From contig NZ_RSDW01000001.1 in NCBI RefSeq assembly GCF_003945235.1, forward strand, positions 5,850,001 to 5,882,000: DNA of 32,000 nucleotides, in the 5' to 3' direction. Below are positions 18,924-26,250 of the stretch, piece by piece (the first letter of the stretch is position 1; every line of letters begins with the position of its first letter). The notes under the pieces were generated by a model. That model did not search any database, was not told where the DNA came from, and saw only the letters and a program-made list of their open reading frames with translations. Source of the DNA: Edaphobacter aggregans. Lineage in GTDB: Bacteria > Acidobacteriota > Terriglobia > Terriglobales > Acidobacteriaceae. The translations under genes and the position numbers were made by a program.

Positions 18924-18989
18924 GACTCCTGCCCGGCCACCACAGCCATAAATGCTGACCTCGCGCTTTGCGTCAGGACTCCTGCCCGG
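18924..18989 (+). repeat. 13-bp direct repeat GACTCCTGCCCGG (18924-18936 and 18977-18989)
   Basis: The two copies are exact and 53 bp apart. Each is followed by a similar tail (CCACCACAGCCATAAA versus GGCTACCATGCTACCCATAAAAA). They lie immediately after the ArdC-like remnant. Confidence 0.7.
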
Positions 18990-19545
18990 GGCTACCATGC
19001 TACCCATAAAAAATGAAAATTGTCGGAACTGGCAAAAGGGCAGCGCTTAAGCCTGCTATTTCAGAGACACCAGAGATCGAGGGCGGCTAGGACTTCCATA
19101 TCAACTAGATTACTAACTGGTGATGTTGCCTTACTTACACCCGGCTACTATGTGCTTCACTTCCACGTGACGCAGATTGGTAGCATCGACATGGATTTGG
19201 ACCTTTACGGGAATAAGTACTACTAGCGGTCCTACACCACGGCCAAGCACCTTGCTGTTGCCTGGAACCTACTGGATTTTTCTTTCGCAGGATGCGGCGT
19301 AGTTTCCAAACTAGGCTCGGGTGGAGTATAAAGATTCGTCGTGCGGTATGCCTAAGACCCCGCGCGAAGGAATCGATGAATGTTTTGTTCTAAAGGTTGT
19401 TATTAGAACAGTCTTTCTAGATCCAGATATGAAGCCTCGGAATTGTTCTGGAGCTTCTGCCCGCCTTGGACGCGACAATAATTTTCGAAAAATTATGGGC
19501 CCCATTTTTAGATCCGCACATTGCGGAACTTCCAGGAGAAACCAT

Positions 19546-20241
19546 ATGAAGCTGCACTCAAACTTGTGCGCTTTGGGAGCGGTTCTGGCACTTACGACCG
19601 CTTTCACGTTCGCTAACACCATAACAATCGCAAGTCAGGCCGGGTCTGCTACCGGTGATACGATTTATGCCGCTACTACGGGAAGCGGAATCTTCGCTTA
19701 CCTTGGAAATATCGGCACTAGCTTCGCATTAAGCAATGTAACTCCGACCTGGGCGACTGCAATTCCGGGCTCGACTTGGGTCGGTATCTCTCCTACCGCG
19801 GGCCCCTCCGGTACGATCAATCCACAAATTGGTCTCTATACTTTCACCGTGGATCTGGGTAGCGGGCTGGCTGGTTACAGTGGATCGATCGGTGTTCTAG
19901 CCGACGATACAGCGAGCGTTTCGCTCAACGGCACGCTACTGATGGGGTTCGGCGGCGGTCTCGACAATCACTGCGAATCGACAGGCATCAACTGCCTGAC
20001 GGTGACTGATGTCGTGCTGCCCGCTTCGGCGTTCTTAGCTGGCGATAACACGCTAACTTTCCAAGTGCTCCAGGCTGGTACGGGCGCCCCAGGTGGAACG
20101 GGCGATCCTTCGGGTTTGGACTTCGCGGGTTCGATATCGAGTCCTGTGGGTACCCCTATCGTTCCGGAACCAAGCACGTTATTGATGCTCGGAACCGGGT
20201 TGATCGGTGGGGGCGTGCTGTTTCGTAGGATCCGGGCCTAG
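19546..20241 (+). CDS. PEP-CTERM sorting-domain protein (secreted, unknown function)
   Basis: AGGAGA RBS 6 nt before the ATG at 19546. Signal peptide: MKLHSNLCALGAVLALTTAFTFA. C-terminus VPEPSTLLMLGTGLIGGGVLFRRIRA gives the PEP motif, a TM helix and a basic tail. The track ORF start at 19321 is rejected. Confidence 0.85.
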   Translation: MKLHSNLCALGAVLALTTAFTFANTITIASQAGSATGDTIYAATTGSGIFAYLGNIGTSFALSNVTPTWATAIPGSTWVGISPTAGPSGTINPQIGLYTFTVDLGSGLAGYSGSIGVLADDTASVSLNGTLLMGFGGGLDNHCESTGINCLTVTDVVLPASAFLAGDNTLTFQVLQAGTGAPGGTGDPSGLDFAGSISSPVGTPIVPEPSTLLMLGTGLIGGGVLFRRIRA

Positions 20242-20304
20242 TTTCAAGACTGGTTTCATGGCGTAGAGAAGACTCCATTGAGGTTGTCCAATTATGTTCA
20301 GGTC

Positions 20305-20339
20305 ATGAGCGCGAGAGAATTCCTTCGCGCTCATTTTTT
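20305..20339 (+). terminator. rho-independent terminator
   Basis: Perfect 10-bp stem ATGAGCGCGA / TCGCGCTCAT with a 10-nt loop, followed by TTTTTT. It lies 64 bp after the PEP-CTERM gene stop and abuts the convergent peroxiredoxin-like gene. Confidence 0.75.
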
Positions 20340-20343
20340 GGTA

Positions 20344-21027
20344 TCACCGGATGAGTGAGGCGAGGACTTCGGTGGGTTCGGGGCGGACTCGGAAGTCGGC
20401 GTGGGCTTGGGAGAAGAGGATGGTGTTGTCTTGTGCGATGACGAAGACGCCGGGGATGGGGAGGCGCCAGCTGGCTTCGGTGGCGGTTTGATAGTTTAGG
20501 CCGGCGTTGTTGAAGGGGATGTTGACGAGGATGGATTGGTAATAGCGGCGGTACTCGGGGGGGACGGTGTAGGCCAGGCCGAATTGTTCGGCTACGGCAG
20601 CTCCGGGGTCGGCGAGCAGCGGGTAGGTGAGGGCGTGCTGCTGGAGGGCAAAGTTGTTCTGACGAGTGGTCTGGGGGGAGATAGCTACGAAGAGTGCGCC
20701 GCGCTCGCGGAGTTGGGGGTGGAGTTCGCGCCAGGTTTCTAGCTCGGTGACGCAGTAGGGGCACCAGCGGCCGCGGAAGAAGTTAATGACGAGCGGGCCA
20801 AGGGCGAGGAGGTCGGCTGAGTTGACGGGTTTTCCGGTGCGGGCGTCTTCGAGGGCGAAGGCCGGGGCTTGAGTGCCGACGGGGAGGATCCGGTTTTCAA
20901 TGCCGCTGGCGAAGAGATCGCAGACCATTTGTTCGGAGACGGCGAGACGCTCGGGCTGGACCAGGGCGCGGGTGTTCTGGGTGATCTGGTCTAGCTGGTC
21001 TTGCAGGGATAGGGTGCGAGAGGTCAC
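20344..21027 (-). CDS. peroxiredoxin-like / AhpC-TSA family thioredoxin-fold protein
   Basis: 227 aa. Motif: PAFALEDARTGKPVNSADLLALGPLVINFFRGRWCPYCVTELETW (W-C-P-x-C redox motif). Confidence 0.8.
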   Translation of the reverse strand: MTSRTLSLQDQLDQITQNTRALVQPERLAVSEQMVCDLFASGIENRILPVGTQAPAFALEDARTGKPVNSADLLALGPLVINFFRGRWCPYCVTELETWRELHPQLRERGALFVAISPQTTRQNNFALQQHALTYPLLADPGAAVAEQFGLAYTVPPEYRRYYQSILVNIPFNNAGLNYQTATEASWRLPIPGVFVIAQDNTILFSQAHADFRVRPEPTEVLASLIR

Positions 21028-21052
21028 TTGTTAATTATAGGTGTGGAGAGAT

Positions 21053-21125
21053 TTTGCGCTTTGCGCGACCCACTCATGTCGCGATAAAGCTGCGCCATGA
21101 ATGGGCACCCCAAATTTGTGGCTGG
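21053..21125 (+). repeat. modular intergenic repeat, copy R1 (modules A+B, degenerate C)
   Basis: Sequence: TGCGCTTTGCGCGACCCACTCATGTCGCGATAAAGCTGCGCCATGAATGGGCACCCCAAATTTGTGGCTGG. It contains the GCGC-TTT-GCGC hairpin, plus a CCCACTCATG...CATGAATGGG stem ending in GGGCACCC. Confidence 0.75.
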
Positions 21126-21126
21126 A

Positions 21127-22032
21127 CTACATCGCTACGGTTTTGGTGGTGTCGTGGCAGGATGGGGTGGATTTGGTTGTCGAGGATTTCTTTGCGAGGG
21201 TTTTGTTGCTGGTGGTGGGGATGCTCGCGGTCTTCAGGTCTTTGAGGAGGGAGACGAGGCGTTTGAAGCCCTCTTCGCGGGCGGTCTTGTTTCCGGGGAC
21301 GGTGTTGCTGGGATCTACGCCGGCGCGCATGAAGCCGTGGCCAGCTCCGTCGTAGGTGACGGGTTCGAATCGTTTGCCAGCGGCCTTCATGGCTGCGATG
21401 GTCGAGGGGAGAGTAGCTCCGATGCGGGCATCATTGCCGGCGTAGAAGCCGAAGATAGGAGCGGTGATGGTGCTAACGTCAGCGGGGCCGGGGCCGTAGA
21501 AGACGAAGGCTGCGGAGAGGTCGTGGCGGTGGGTGGCGAAGGCGAAGGATTTGCCTCCACCCCAGCAGAAGCCTACGGTGGCGATTTTACCGTTACCGGC
21601 GGGGATTTTTTTTGCGAAGTCGGCTACGGCGTCGAGGTCAGCGGTGACCTGATCGGGATCGAGGCCGGAGACGGCTTTGGTGATGGCATCCTGGCCGGCG
21701 AAGGAATCGGTGCCACCGTTGTTGGGACCGGCACCGGAGAGGAGGTCGGGGGCGACGACGATGAAGCCGGCGGCGGCGAGGTCGTCGGCCATGGATTTGG
21801 CCCAGTCGGAGAGGCCGAAGATCTCGTGGATGAGGATGACGACGGGGACTTTGTCTTTTACTTCAGGATAGACGACGAAGGTTTGAACGGTGCGGTCGCC
21901 GCGCTTGATGGGGACGTACTCGCGGTGGCGAGGAGAGGCTTCGAGGCGGGCTTTGGCCCAGTCCTGTGCGTTGGCGGCGAGGGGTAGGATGAAAAAGATG
22001 GTAGCGAGAAGGCGGAGAGTGGCGCGGCGCAT
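21127..22032 (-). CDS. dienelactone hydrolase family protein (secreted)
   Basis: 301 aa with a signal peptide ...LPLAANAQ. Motifs: PVVILIHEIFGLSDW, nucleophile elbow GFCWGG, C-terminal DGAGHGF. It carries an unusual low-complexity tail of about 35 aa rich in Ser, Thr and Lys. Confidence 0.85.
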   Translation of the reverse strand: MRRATLRLLATIFFILPLAANAQDWAKARLEASPRHREYVPIKRGDRTVQTFVVYPEVKDKVPVVILIHEIFGLSDWAKSMADDLAAAGFIVVAPDLLSGAGPNNGGTDSFAGQDAITKAVSGLDPDQVTADLDAVADFAKKIPAGNGKIATVGFCWGGGKSFAFATHRHDLSAAFVFYGPGPADVSTITAPIFGFYAGNDARIGATLPSTIAAMKAAGKRFEPVTYDGAGHGFMRAGVDPSNTVPGNKTAREEGFKRLVSLLKDLKTASIPTTSNKTLAKKSSTTKSTPSCHDTTKTVAM

Positions 22033-22130
22033 GGGAGGAGTTTAGTCCCGCGTTGGATTGTGAGACAAGGAAGAAGTAACGCTATCGATCCGTGCGGATG
22101 TTGGGAATGGATGCTGGCTATACTGCCGGG

Positions 22131-22679
22131 ATGGAGAGCTTTCGTCTGCGAGTGGCTACGGCTGAGGACATGGCGGAGATTCGTGGAGTGATTAATGCGT
22201 CAGTGAGAGGATTACAGGCTAGGGATTATTCGGCTGCTCAGATTGAGGCGGCGCTGGCTACCGTATTCACGATTGATAGTCGGCTGATTGCGGATGGGAC
22301 TTATTTTGTTGCGTTGACTGAGAGTGGCGAGATGGCTGGGTGTGGTGGGTGGAGTAAACGGAAGACTCTGTATGGTGGGGACAATCAGGTAGAGAAGATT
22401 GTGCCTGCGCTGCTGGATCCGGCAGTGGATGGGGCGAAGGTAAGGGCAATCTTTGTGCATCCTCGGTTTGCTCGGATGGGGTTGGGGAGTTTGATTCTGA
22501 AGGCGTCGGAAGAGGCTGCTTTGGCGGCTGGTTTCAAGCGATTTGAGATGGGAAGTACTTTGACAGGGGTGGCTCTGTATTCGCTGAAGGGATATGTGGA
22601 GGTGGATCGTGTGGCGGTGCCGGTGGGGCAGGGCGAGACGATTGAGGTGGTAAGGATGGTGAAGGAGATTGTGGCCTGA
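22131..22679 (+). CDS. GNAT family N-acetyltransferase
   Basis: Acetyl-CoA-binding motif region: RAIFVHPRFARMGLGSLILKASEEAALAAGF. The start is taken at ATG 22131; the track ORF begins at GTG 22092. Confidence 0.8.
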   Translation: MESFRLRVATAEDMAEIRGVINASVRGLQARDYSAAQIEAALATVFTIDSRLIADGTYFVALTESGEMAGCGGWSKRKTLYGGDNQVEKIVPALLDPAVDGAKVRAIFVHPRFARMGLGSLILKASEEAALAAGFKRFEMGSTLTGVALYSLKGYVEVDRVAVPVGQGETIEVVRMVKEIVA

Positions 22680-22680
22680 C

Positions 22681-22714
22681 GCCCATTCCTCACGCGGCGA
22701 AGAATGGGCACCCG
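22681..22714 (+). repeat. modular intergenic repeat, copy R2 (module-B hairpin only)
   Basis: GCCCATTC-(13 nt)-GAATGGGC forms a perfect 8-bp stem, followed by ACCC. This shares the ..GAATGGGCACCC end of module B. It sits between the convergent GNAT and micro-ORF stops. Confidence 0.55.
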
Positions 22715-22730
22715 GCGTCCAATTGCGAAG

Positions 22731-22874
22731 CTAGATGACTTTGAGGAGGAGCAGGATGAGGACGATGGTTAGGATGAGGCTGATGCCGCCGCCGCCGTAG
22801 TAACCGAGACCTGGTCCCATGCGATATCCGCCAAAACCGAACACCAGAATCAGAACGATCAAAAGGATAAGCAT
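22731..22874 (-). CDS. DUF3309-like small membrane protein (47 aa)
   Basis: Absent from the ORF track, presumably because it is too short. GGAGA RBS about 7 nt upstream of the ATG at 22872-22874. Translation: MLILLIVLILVFGFGGYRMGPGLGYYGGGGISLILTIVLILLLLKVI. This is two hydrophobic helices joined by a Gly/Tyr loop, the pattern I associate with DUF3309. Confidence 0.6.
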   Translation of the reverse strand: MLILLIVLILVFGFGGYRMGPGLGYYGGGGISLILTIVLILLLLKVI

Positions 22875-22989
22875 TTATCTTTCTCCGTTGCACGAAGATT
22901 CGCGCTGGAGAATGTGATGCTGTTTTTCATCGGTCTGTAACGATTCGAAATATTTAGTTTTGCGGCGTCTTTACAGGCTGCGGATTGCA

Positions 22990-23382
22990 TCAAAGGGTGC
23001 GCTGTGCAGCGGTTTTCGAGTGCTGAAACGCGATTCCCGCTTTGAAGTTCTGGGCTATCCGTTGTGATTTGGCGATCACGATGGCGGCATGGTCCGGGGA
23101 TAAGACTTCGGTAGCGGTCTCGGCGAAGAGAGCGAGCCAGCGCTCGAAGTGGTCGGGATCGAGGGGGAGCTGGAGGTGGGTCATCATGGGGTCGCCTTTG
23201 TAGCGGCCCGTAGTGAGGAGGACCGTAGACCAGAAGTCTTTGAGGGTGGCGAGGTGATGGGGCCAGTCACCGACGATGGCGTTGAAGATGGGGCCGATGT
23301 CAGGATCGAGGCGGACCTTAGCGTAGAAGTGGTCTACCAGATTGCTGATCTCTTGCTCGGTGATCTTCTGTTCGGTGTTCAT
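22990..23382 (-). CDS. group III truncated haemoglobin (globin-like)
   Basis: 130 aa. Motif: LVDHFYAKVRLDPDIGPIFNAIVGDWPHHLATLKDFWSTVLLTTGRYKGDPMMTHLQLPLDPDHFERWLALF, typical of the trHb group III family. Confidence 0.8.
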   Translation of the reverse strand: MNTEQKITEQEISNLVDHFYAKVRLDPDIGPIFNAIVGDWPHHLATLKDFWSTVLLTTGRYKGDPMMTHLQLPLDPDHFERWLALFAETATEVLSPDHAAIVIAKSQRIAQNFKAGIAFQHSKTAAQRTL

Positions 23383-23400
23383 GGTGACCCTCCTGCGGGG

Positions 23401-23829
23401 TTAGTTCAATGTGGTGTCTTCTGGCAAGGGCTTGCCGATCTCCCAGTGGTGGCCGAAGGGGTCGACGACGCGGCCTATGCGCCAGCCGTATTCGTTGGTC
23501 ATGTTCCAAACGATGGTGGCTCCTACGGCGACCGCCCTTTTGAATACGGCATCCGGGTCTTCGACCGTCAGGATGATGCGGACTGTGCCGCCGCCGACAG
23601 ATTCGGGGCTGAAGTTCTTGTGTTCGGGAGATTCGTCGGCTAGCCAGAAGGCGGCCCCGTCTACGGAAAGCTGCGCGACTACCGTTCCGTCATCAGCGTC
23701 CAGGCGGAATAACTCGGTGGCGTCAAATGCTGCTTTGTAGAAGTCGACTGCTTTTGCTCCGTTTCGGACTGAAAGCATCGGCGCTATGGTGGTCTTCTGA
23801 TTGTCGGTGGTTTCAGAGAATTGGGTCAT
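23401..23829 (-). CDS. VOC (glyoxalase/bleomycin-resistance fold, PhnB-like) family protein
   Basis: Start ATG at 23829 (MTQFSETTDNQKTTIAPMLSVRNGAKAVDFYKAAFDA...). C-terminus: GWRIGRVVDPFGHHWEIGKPL. The upstream 28 codons of the track ORF are rejected. Confidence 0.8.
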   Translation of the reverse strand: MTQFSETTDNQKTTIAPMLSVRNGAKAVDFYKAAFDATELFRLDADDGTVVAQLSVDGAAFWLADESPEHKNFSPESVGGGTVRIILTVEDPDAVFKRAVAVGATIVWNMTNEYGWRIGRVVDPFGHHWEIGKPLPEDTTLN

Positions 23830-24001
23830 TGGAAATGTCCTCTCTCGGCAGATTCCTAAGGGCGACGCAGGGGACTTCAGGTTATCCCATGTCGTTGGCG
23901 TCGACGTTTTCATGACACTCTCCTCCCCGTATCAAAGTTCGCAAAGTATTCGAAGTAGAGACTTTAGGTCCAGACTTCTGTCTGACTTGTCTGCAATGAG
24001 A

Positions 24002-24025
24002 AAAGCCCGGTTTGAGCCGGGCTTT
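24002..24025 (-). terminator. rho-independent (bidirectional-looking) terminator downstream of the TetR gene
   Basis: AAAAGCCCGG-TTTGAG-CCGGGCTTT forms a 7-9 bp GC stem with an A-run on one side and a T-rich run on the other. It lies about 120 bp after the TetR stop. Confidence 0.6.
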
Positions 24026-24145
24026 CTTCTTTTCTACTAGGTCTAGTTTAACTGTGGTGTCAAGGTTTTCGGTGTGGAAAAGGTTGTTTCGGAACCGGTT
24101 CAGGGAGGATGTTCAGATGTGGGCCATCCGCCATGCTGCCGGAAT

Positions 24146-24805
24146 TCAGGAGGAGAGGCCCTTCTCGACCATGAGAATGAGGCGTTCGCTGAGGGCTGCG
24201 ATCTCTGCGGCCGTGGCGGTGTGGAGCGGACCGTCGATGACGAGGAAGGCGAGGCCGTGAACGGCAGACCAGGCGAGATACTCGGCGCGGGAGCGGTGGC
24301 GCGGGGGGAGGAGGCGATGGAGGACCATGAGGTCGAGCGCGTGGCTGAGGAGCTGGAAGGGATTGAGGCCGCTGGCACCGGTCTTCGCTTTGTCGGAGTC
24401 GCCAGCAACGGGCTGGGTGTTCGAGAAGGCGGTGCGGAAGAGGCCGGGCTGGTGGAGCGCGAAGGTGAGGTAGCCGATGCCGACGGCGCGGAGGTGGGCG
24501 CGAGCGAGAGCGGCTCCGCGGCGACGGGATGGGATGGCGGAGATCTCGGCCTCGATGGCGCGGGCTAGCTGTGAGAGGGCGTGGGCGCGGACGGCGGCGA
24601 GCAACTCGGCGTGGCTGGAGAAGTGACGGTAGGCGGCGTTGGGGGCGACGCCGGCGCGGCGTGTGGCCTCTCGGAGGATGATGGCCGCGGGGCCTCCTGT
24701 GCGGGCGAGCTCGACCCCGGCGGCGAGTAAGGTGCGGTGGAGGTCGCCGTGGCGGAAGGTGGTTCTTGCGGGGGTGAGCTTGGAGTTCTTTGCAGGCTTG
24801 AGCAT
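24146..24805 (-). CDS. TetR/AcrR family transcriptional regulator
   Basis: Start ATG at 24805. HTH region: FRHGDLHRTLLAAGVELARTGGPAAIILREATRRAGVAPNAAYRHFSSHAELLAAV. Confidence 0.85.
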   Translation of the reverse strand: MLKPAKNSKLTPARTTFRHGDLHRTLLAAGVELARTGGPAAIILREATRRAGVAPNAAYRHFSSHAELLAAVRAHALSQLARAIEAEISAIPSRRRGAALARAHLRAVGIGYLTFALHQPGLFRTAFSNTQPVAGDSDKAKTGASGLNPFQLLSHALDLMVLHRLLPPRHRSRAEYLAWSAVHGLAFLVIDGPLHTATAAEIAALSERLILMVEKGLSS

Positions 24806-24923
24806 CGTTGGTTGTGGACAGTGTACAGATGGTTCGGATACATTGCTGCATGTGAACGGTGTCCACATTTTAGAGATGGCGACCGGAGCAGATGAAGCGA
24901 CTTTTTTTCTGGAGGTTGGTGCG

Positions 24924-25634
24924 ATGACAAATCGAACGGTTGGAACGATGGTGCTTGGGACCGTGCTAGGTGTGATGCTTCTTGGCCTGGATGGGGTGGG
25001 GTGGGCCCAGGGAGCGAAGGCGCCGTATCCGGCGATGGCTCCGCTGGAGCAGTACCGCGTGGCGAGTGTGGCGGAGGAGGTTGCACTGGCGCGCAGCGCT
25101 GCGCCTGACTCTGTGAGCCGCGATGCGGAGGTGCTGGTGCTCGGGGTGCACGGCTACGAGACGGCGGCGAAGGGGACGAACGGTTTTGTCTGTGTGGTGG
25201 AGCGCTCGTGGGCGGACCCTTTCGACGACCCGGAGTTCTGGAGTCCGAAGGCGCGCTCGCCGCAGTGCTTCAACGCCGCTGCGGCGCGGTCGGTGTTGCC
25301 GGTGTACCTGAAGCGGACGGAGTGGGTGCTGGCCGGAGCGACGAAAGAGCAGATGCAGGAGCGCACGAAGGAGGCGGTGGCAAAGAAGGTCATCGCGGTG
25401 CCGGAGTTGGGATCGATGTGCTACATGCTGTCGAAGCAGGGCCATCTGAACGATAAGGCCGGCCACTGGCATCCGCACCTGATGTTCTTCCTTCCGACCA
25501 CGGCGGAAACGAGTTGGGGCGCGAACCTCAAAGACTCGCCGGTCTTCGCGGCGCAGTCAAACCCCGAGCCGGTGACGACGTTCTTTGTTCCGGTGGAGAA
25601 GTGGTCGGATGGGACGATGGCGGAGATGGAGTGA
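24924..25634 (+). CDS. secreted protein of unknown function, divergent from the TetR gene
   Basis: GGAGG RBS 8 nt before the ATG at 24924. Signal peptide: MTNRTVGTMVLGTVLGVMLLGLDGVGWAQG. No family recognised. Notable strings: GFVCVVERSW, CFNAAAARSVLPVYLKR, GHWHPHLMFFLP. Confidence 0.65.
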   Translation: MTNRTVGTMVLGTVLGVMLLGLDGVGWAQGAKAPYPAMAPLEQYRVASVAEEVALARSAAPDSVSRDAEVLVLGVHGYETAAKGTNGFVCVVERSWADPFDDPEFWSPKARSPQCFNAAAARSVLPVYLKRTEWVLAGATKEQMQERTKEAVAKKVIAVPELGSMCYMLSKQGHLNDKAGHWHPHLMFFLPTTAETSWGANLKDSPVFAAQSNPEPVTTFFVPVEKWSDGTMAEME

Positions 25635-25636
25635 TG

Positions 25637-25672
25637 GCGCGAAATGCCCACATCTCAGAATCGAGATATGCC
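25637..25672 (+). repeat. modular intergenic repeat, copy R3 (truncated A + variant B')
   Basis: Sequence: GCGCGAAATGCCCACATCTCAGAATCGAGATATGCC. It matches the R9 variant (CACATCTC-AGAATC-GAGATGTG) with one stem mismatch and starts 3 bp after the upstream stop codon. Confidence 0.65.
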
Positions 25673-25700
25673 TCTGAGTTGTAGAACGCTTTAGGTGAGG

Positions 25701-26140
25701 CTACCCGCCGATTTCGTCCATTAAAACTGTCCGCACCTTCACCCACTGTGAAGAGATCGCATTCCATCTTTTCGGATATTTTGCTCTGACCAGTGGCGAC
25801 GGATGTGCCGAAGTAAACAATGTGAGACCTGCCGCATTGAGATAGTGCTGGCTCTTGCAGCCTTGCCGCCAATCAGAACTACAGCGCGTAGCATCGGAAG
25901 TAACGTGATGAGTCCCTGTACGCAGGCGACGCCCTCGCGCAACTCTTGCCCCGTCACCCTCCGCGTTCCATTCCACCACGGAATGACGTTCCACGAGATG
26001 GTCAGTTTGCGGGGAATTCCTGCACGTTGCATAAAATCGAACGTCGCTTCCGCACTAGGATCATCATTGTTGCGACTGATGAATCCAGAGCCTTCTTCAC
26101 TAGCCGTCATTGGGCCGGTTTTTCGAACAGAAATAGCCAT
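25701..26140 (-). pseudogene. uracil-DNA glycosylase superfamily-like gene, frameshifted, possibly N-terminally truncated
   Basis: Frame A reads ...GPMTASEEGSGFISRNNDDPSAEATFDFMQRAGIPRKLTISWNVIPWW...LLPMLRAVVLIGGKAARA. Near 25850 the sensible reading moves to a second frame: QHYLNAAGLTLFTSAHPSPLVRAKYPKRWNAISSQW, which carries the UDG-type HPSP motif. The family assignment is from remembered motif patterns only. Confidence 0.5.
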
Positions 26141-26144
26141 CTTA

Positions 26145-26163
26145 TGTATGGGGCCGCCCACCG
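26145..26163 (+). repeat. modular intergenic repeat, copy R4 (module C only, degenerate)
   Basis: TGTATGGGGCCGCCCACCG, compared with the consensus TGTATGGGCCACCCACCG. Confidence 0.5.
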
Positions 26164-26250
26164 TCGATAAATCAGAAATTGGTGGGTAGTGTGATACGCT
26201 CTGCCGTATCCTGCAACCAAATTGAAATCCTCGTTAAGAAGGGACCAGCT

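Noticed and set aside
18977-18997. A tRNA gene or tRNA 3' fragment at GACTCCTGCCCGGGGCTACCA
   Set aside because: No complementary T-stem 5' strand, anticodon arm or D-arm can be found upstream. The acceptor/CCA register is off. It is kept only as a low-confidence att-relic idea.
19321-19545. 75-codon N-terminal extension of the PEP-CTERM ORF
   Set aside because: The extension has no signal-peptide logic and begins at a non-ATG codon in AT-rich leader DNA. The internal ATG at 19546 has an AGGAGA RBS and is followed directly by a signal peptide.
20303-20764. 153-aa Pro/Arg-rich minus-strand ORF
   Set aside because: It is out of frame and overlaps the peroxiredoxin-like CDS. Low complexity, no independent support.
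21097-21987. 296-aa Gly/Val/Asp/Glu-rich plus-strand ORF
   Set aside because: It lies entirely antisense to the well-supported dienelactone hydrolase gene. It has low-complexity composition, no RBS and no motif. It is a typical shadow ORF in GC-rich DNA.
22690-22893. 67-aa minus-strand track ORF
   Set aside because: It is replaced by the 47-aa hydrophobic micro-ORF in another frame, which has an RBS. The 67-aa product is R/P/H-rich and runs through repeat R2.
24060-24866. 268-aa Pro/Arg-rich minus-strand ORF, plus the 173-aa ORF at 24565-25086
   Set aside because: They are alternative frames of the TetR gene region. The extreme P/R composition is what GC-rich out-of-frame reading gives, and the TetR frame carries the recognisable HTH.
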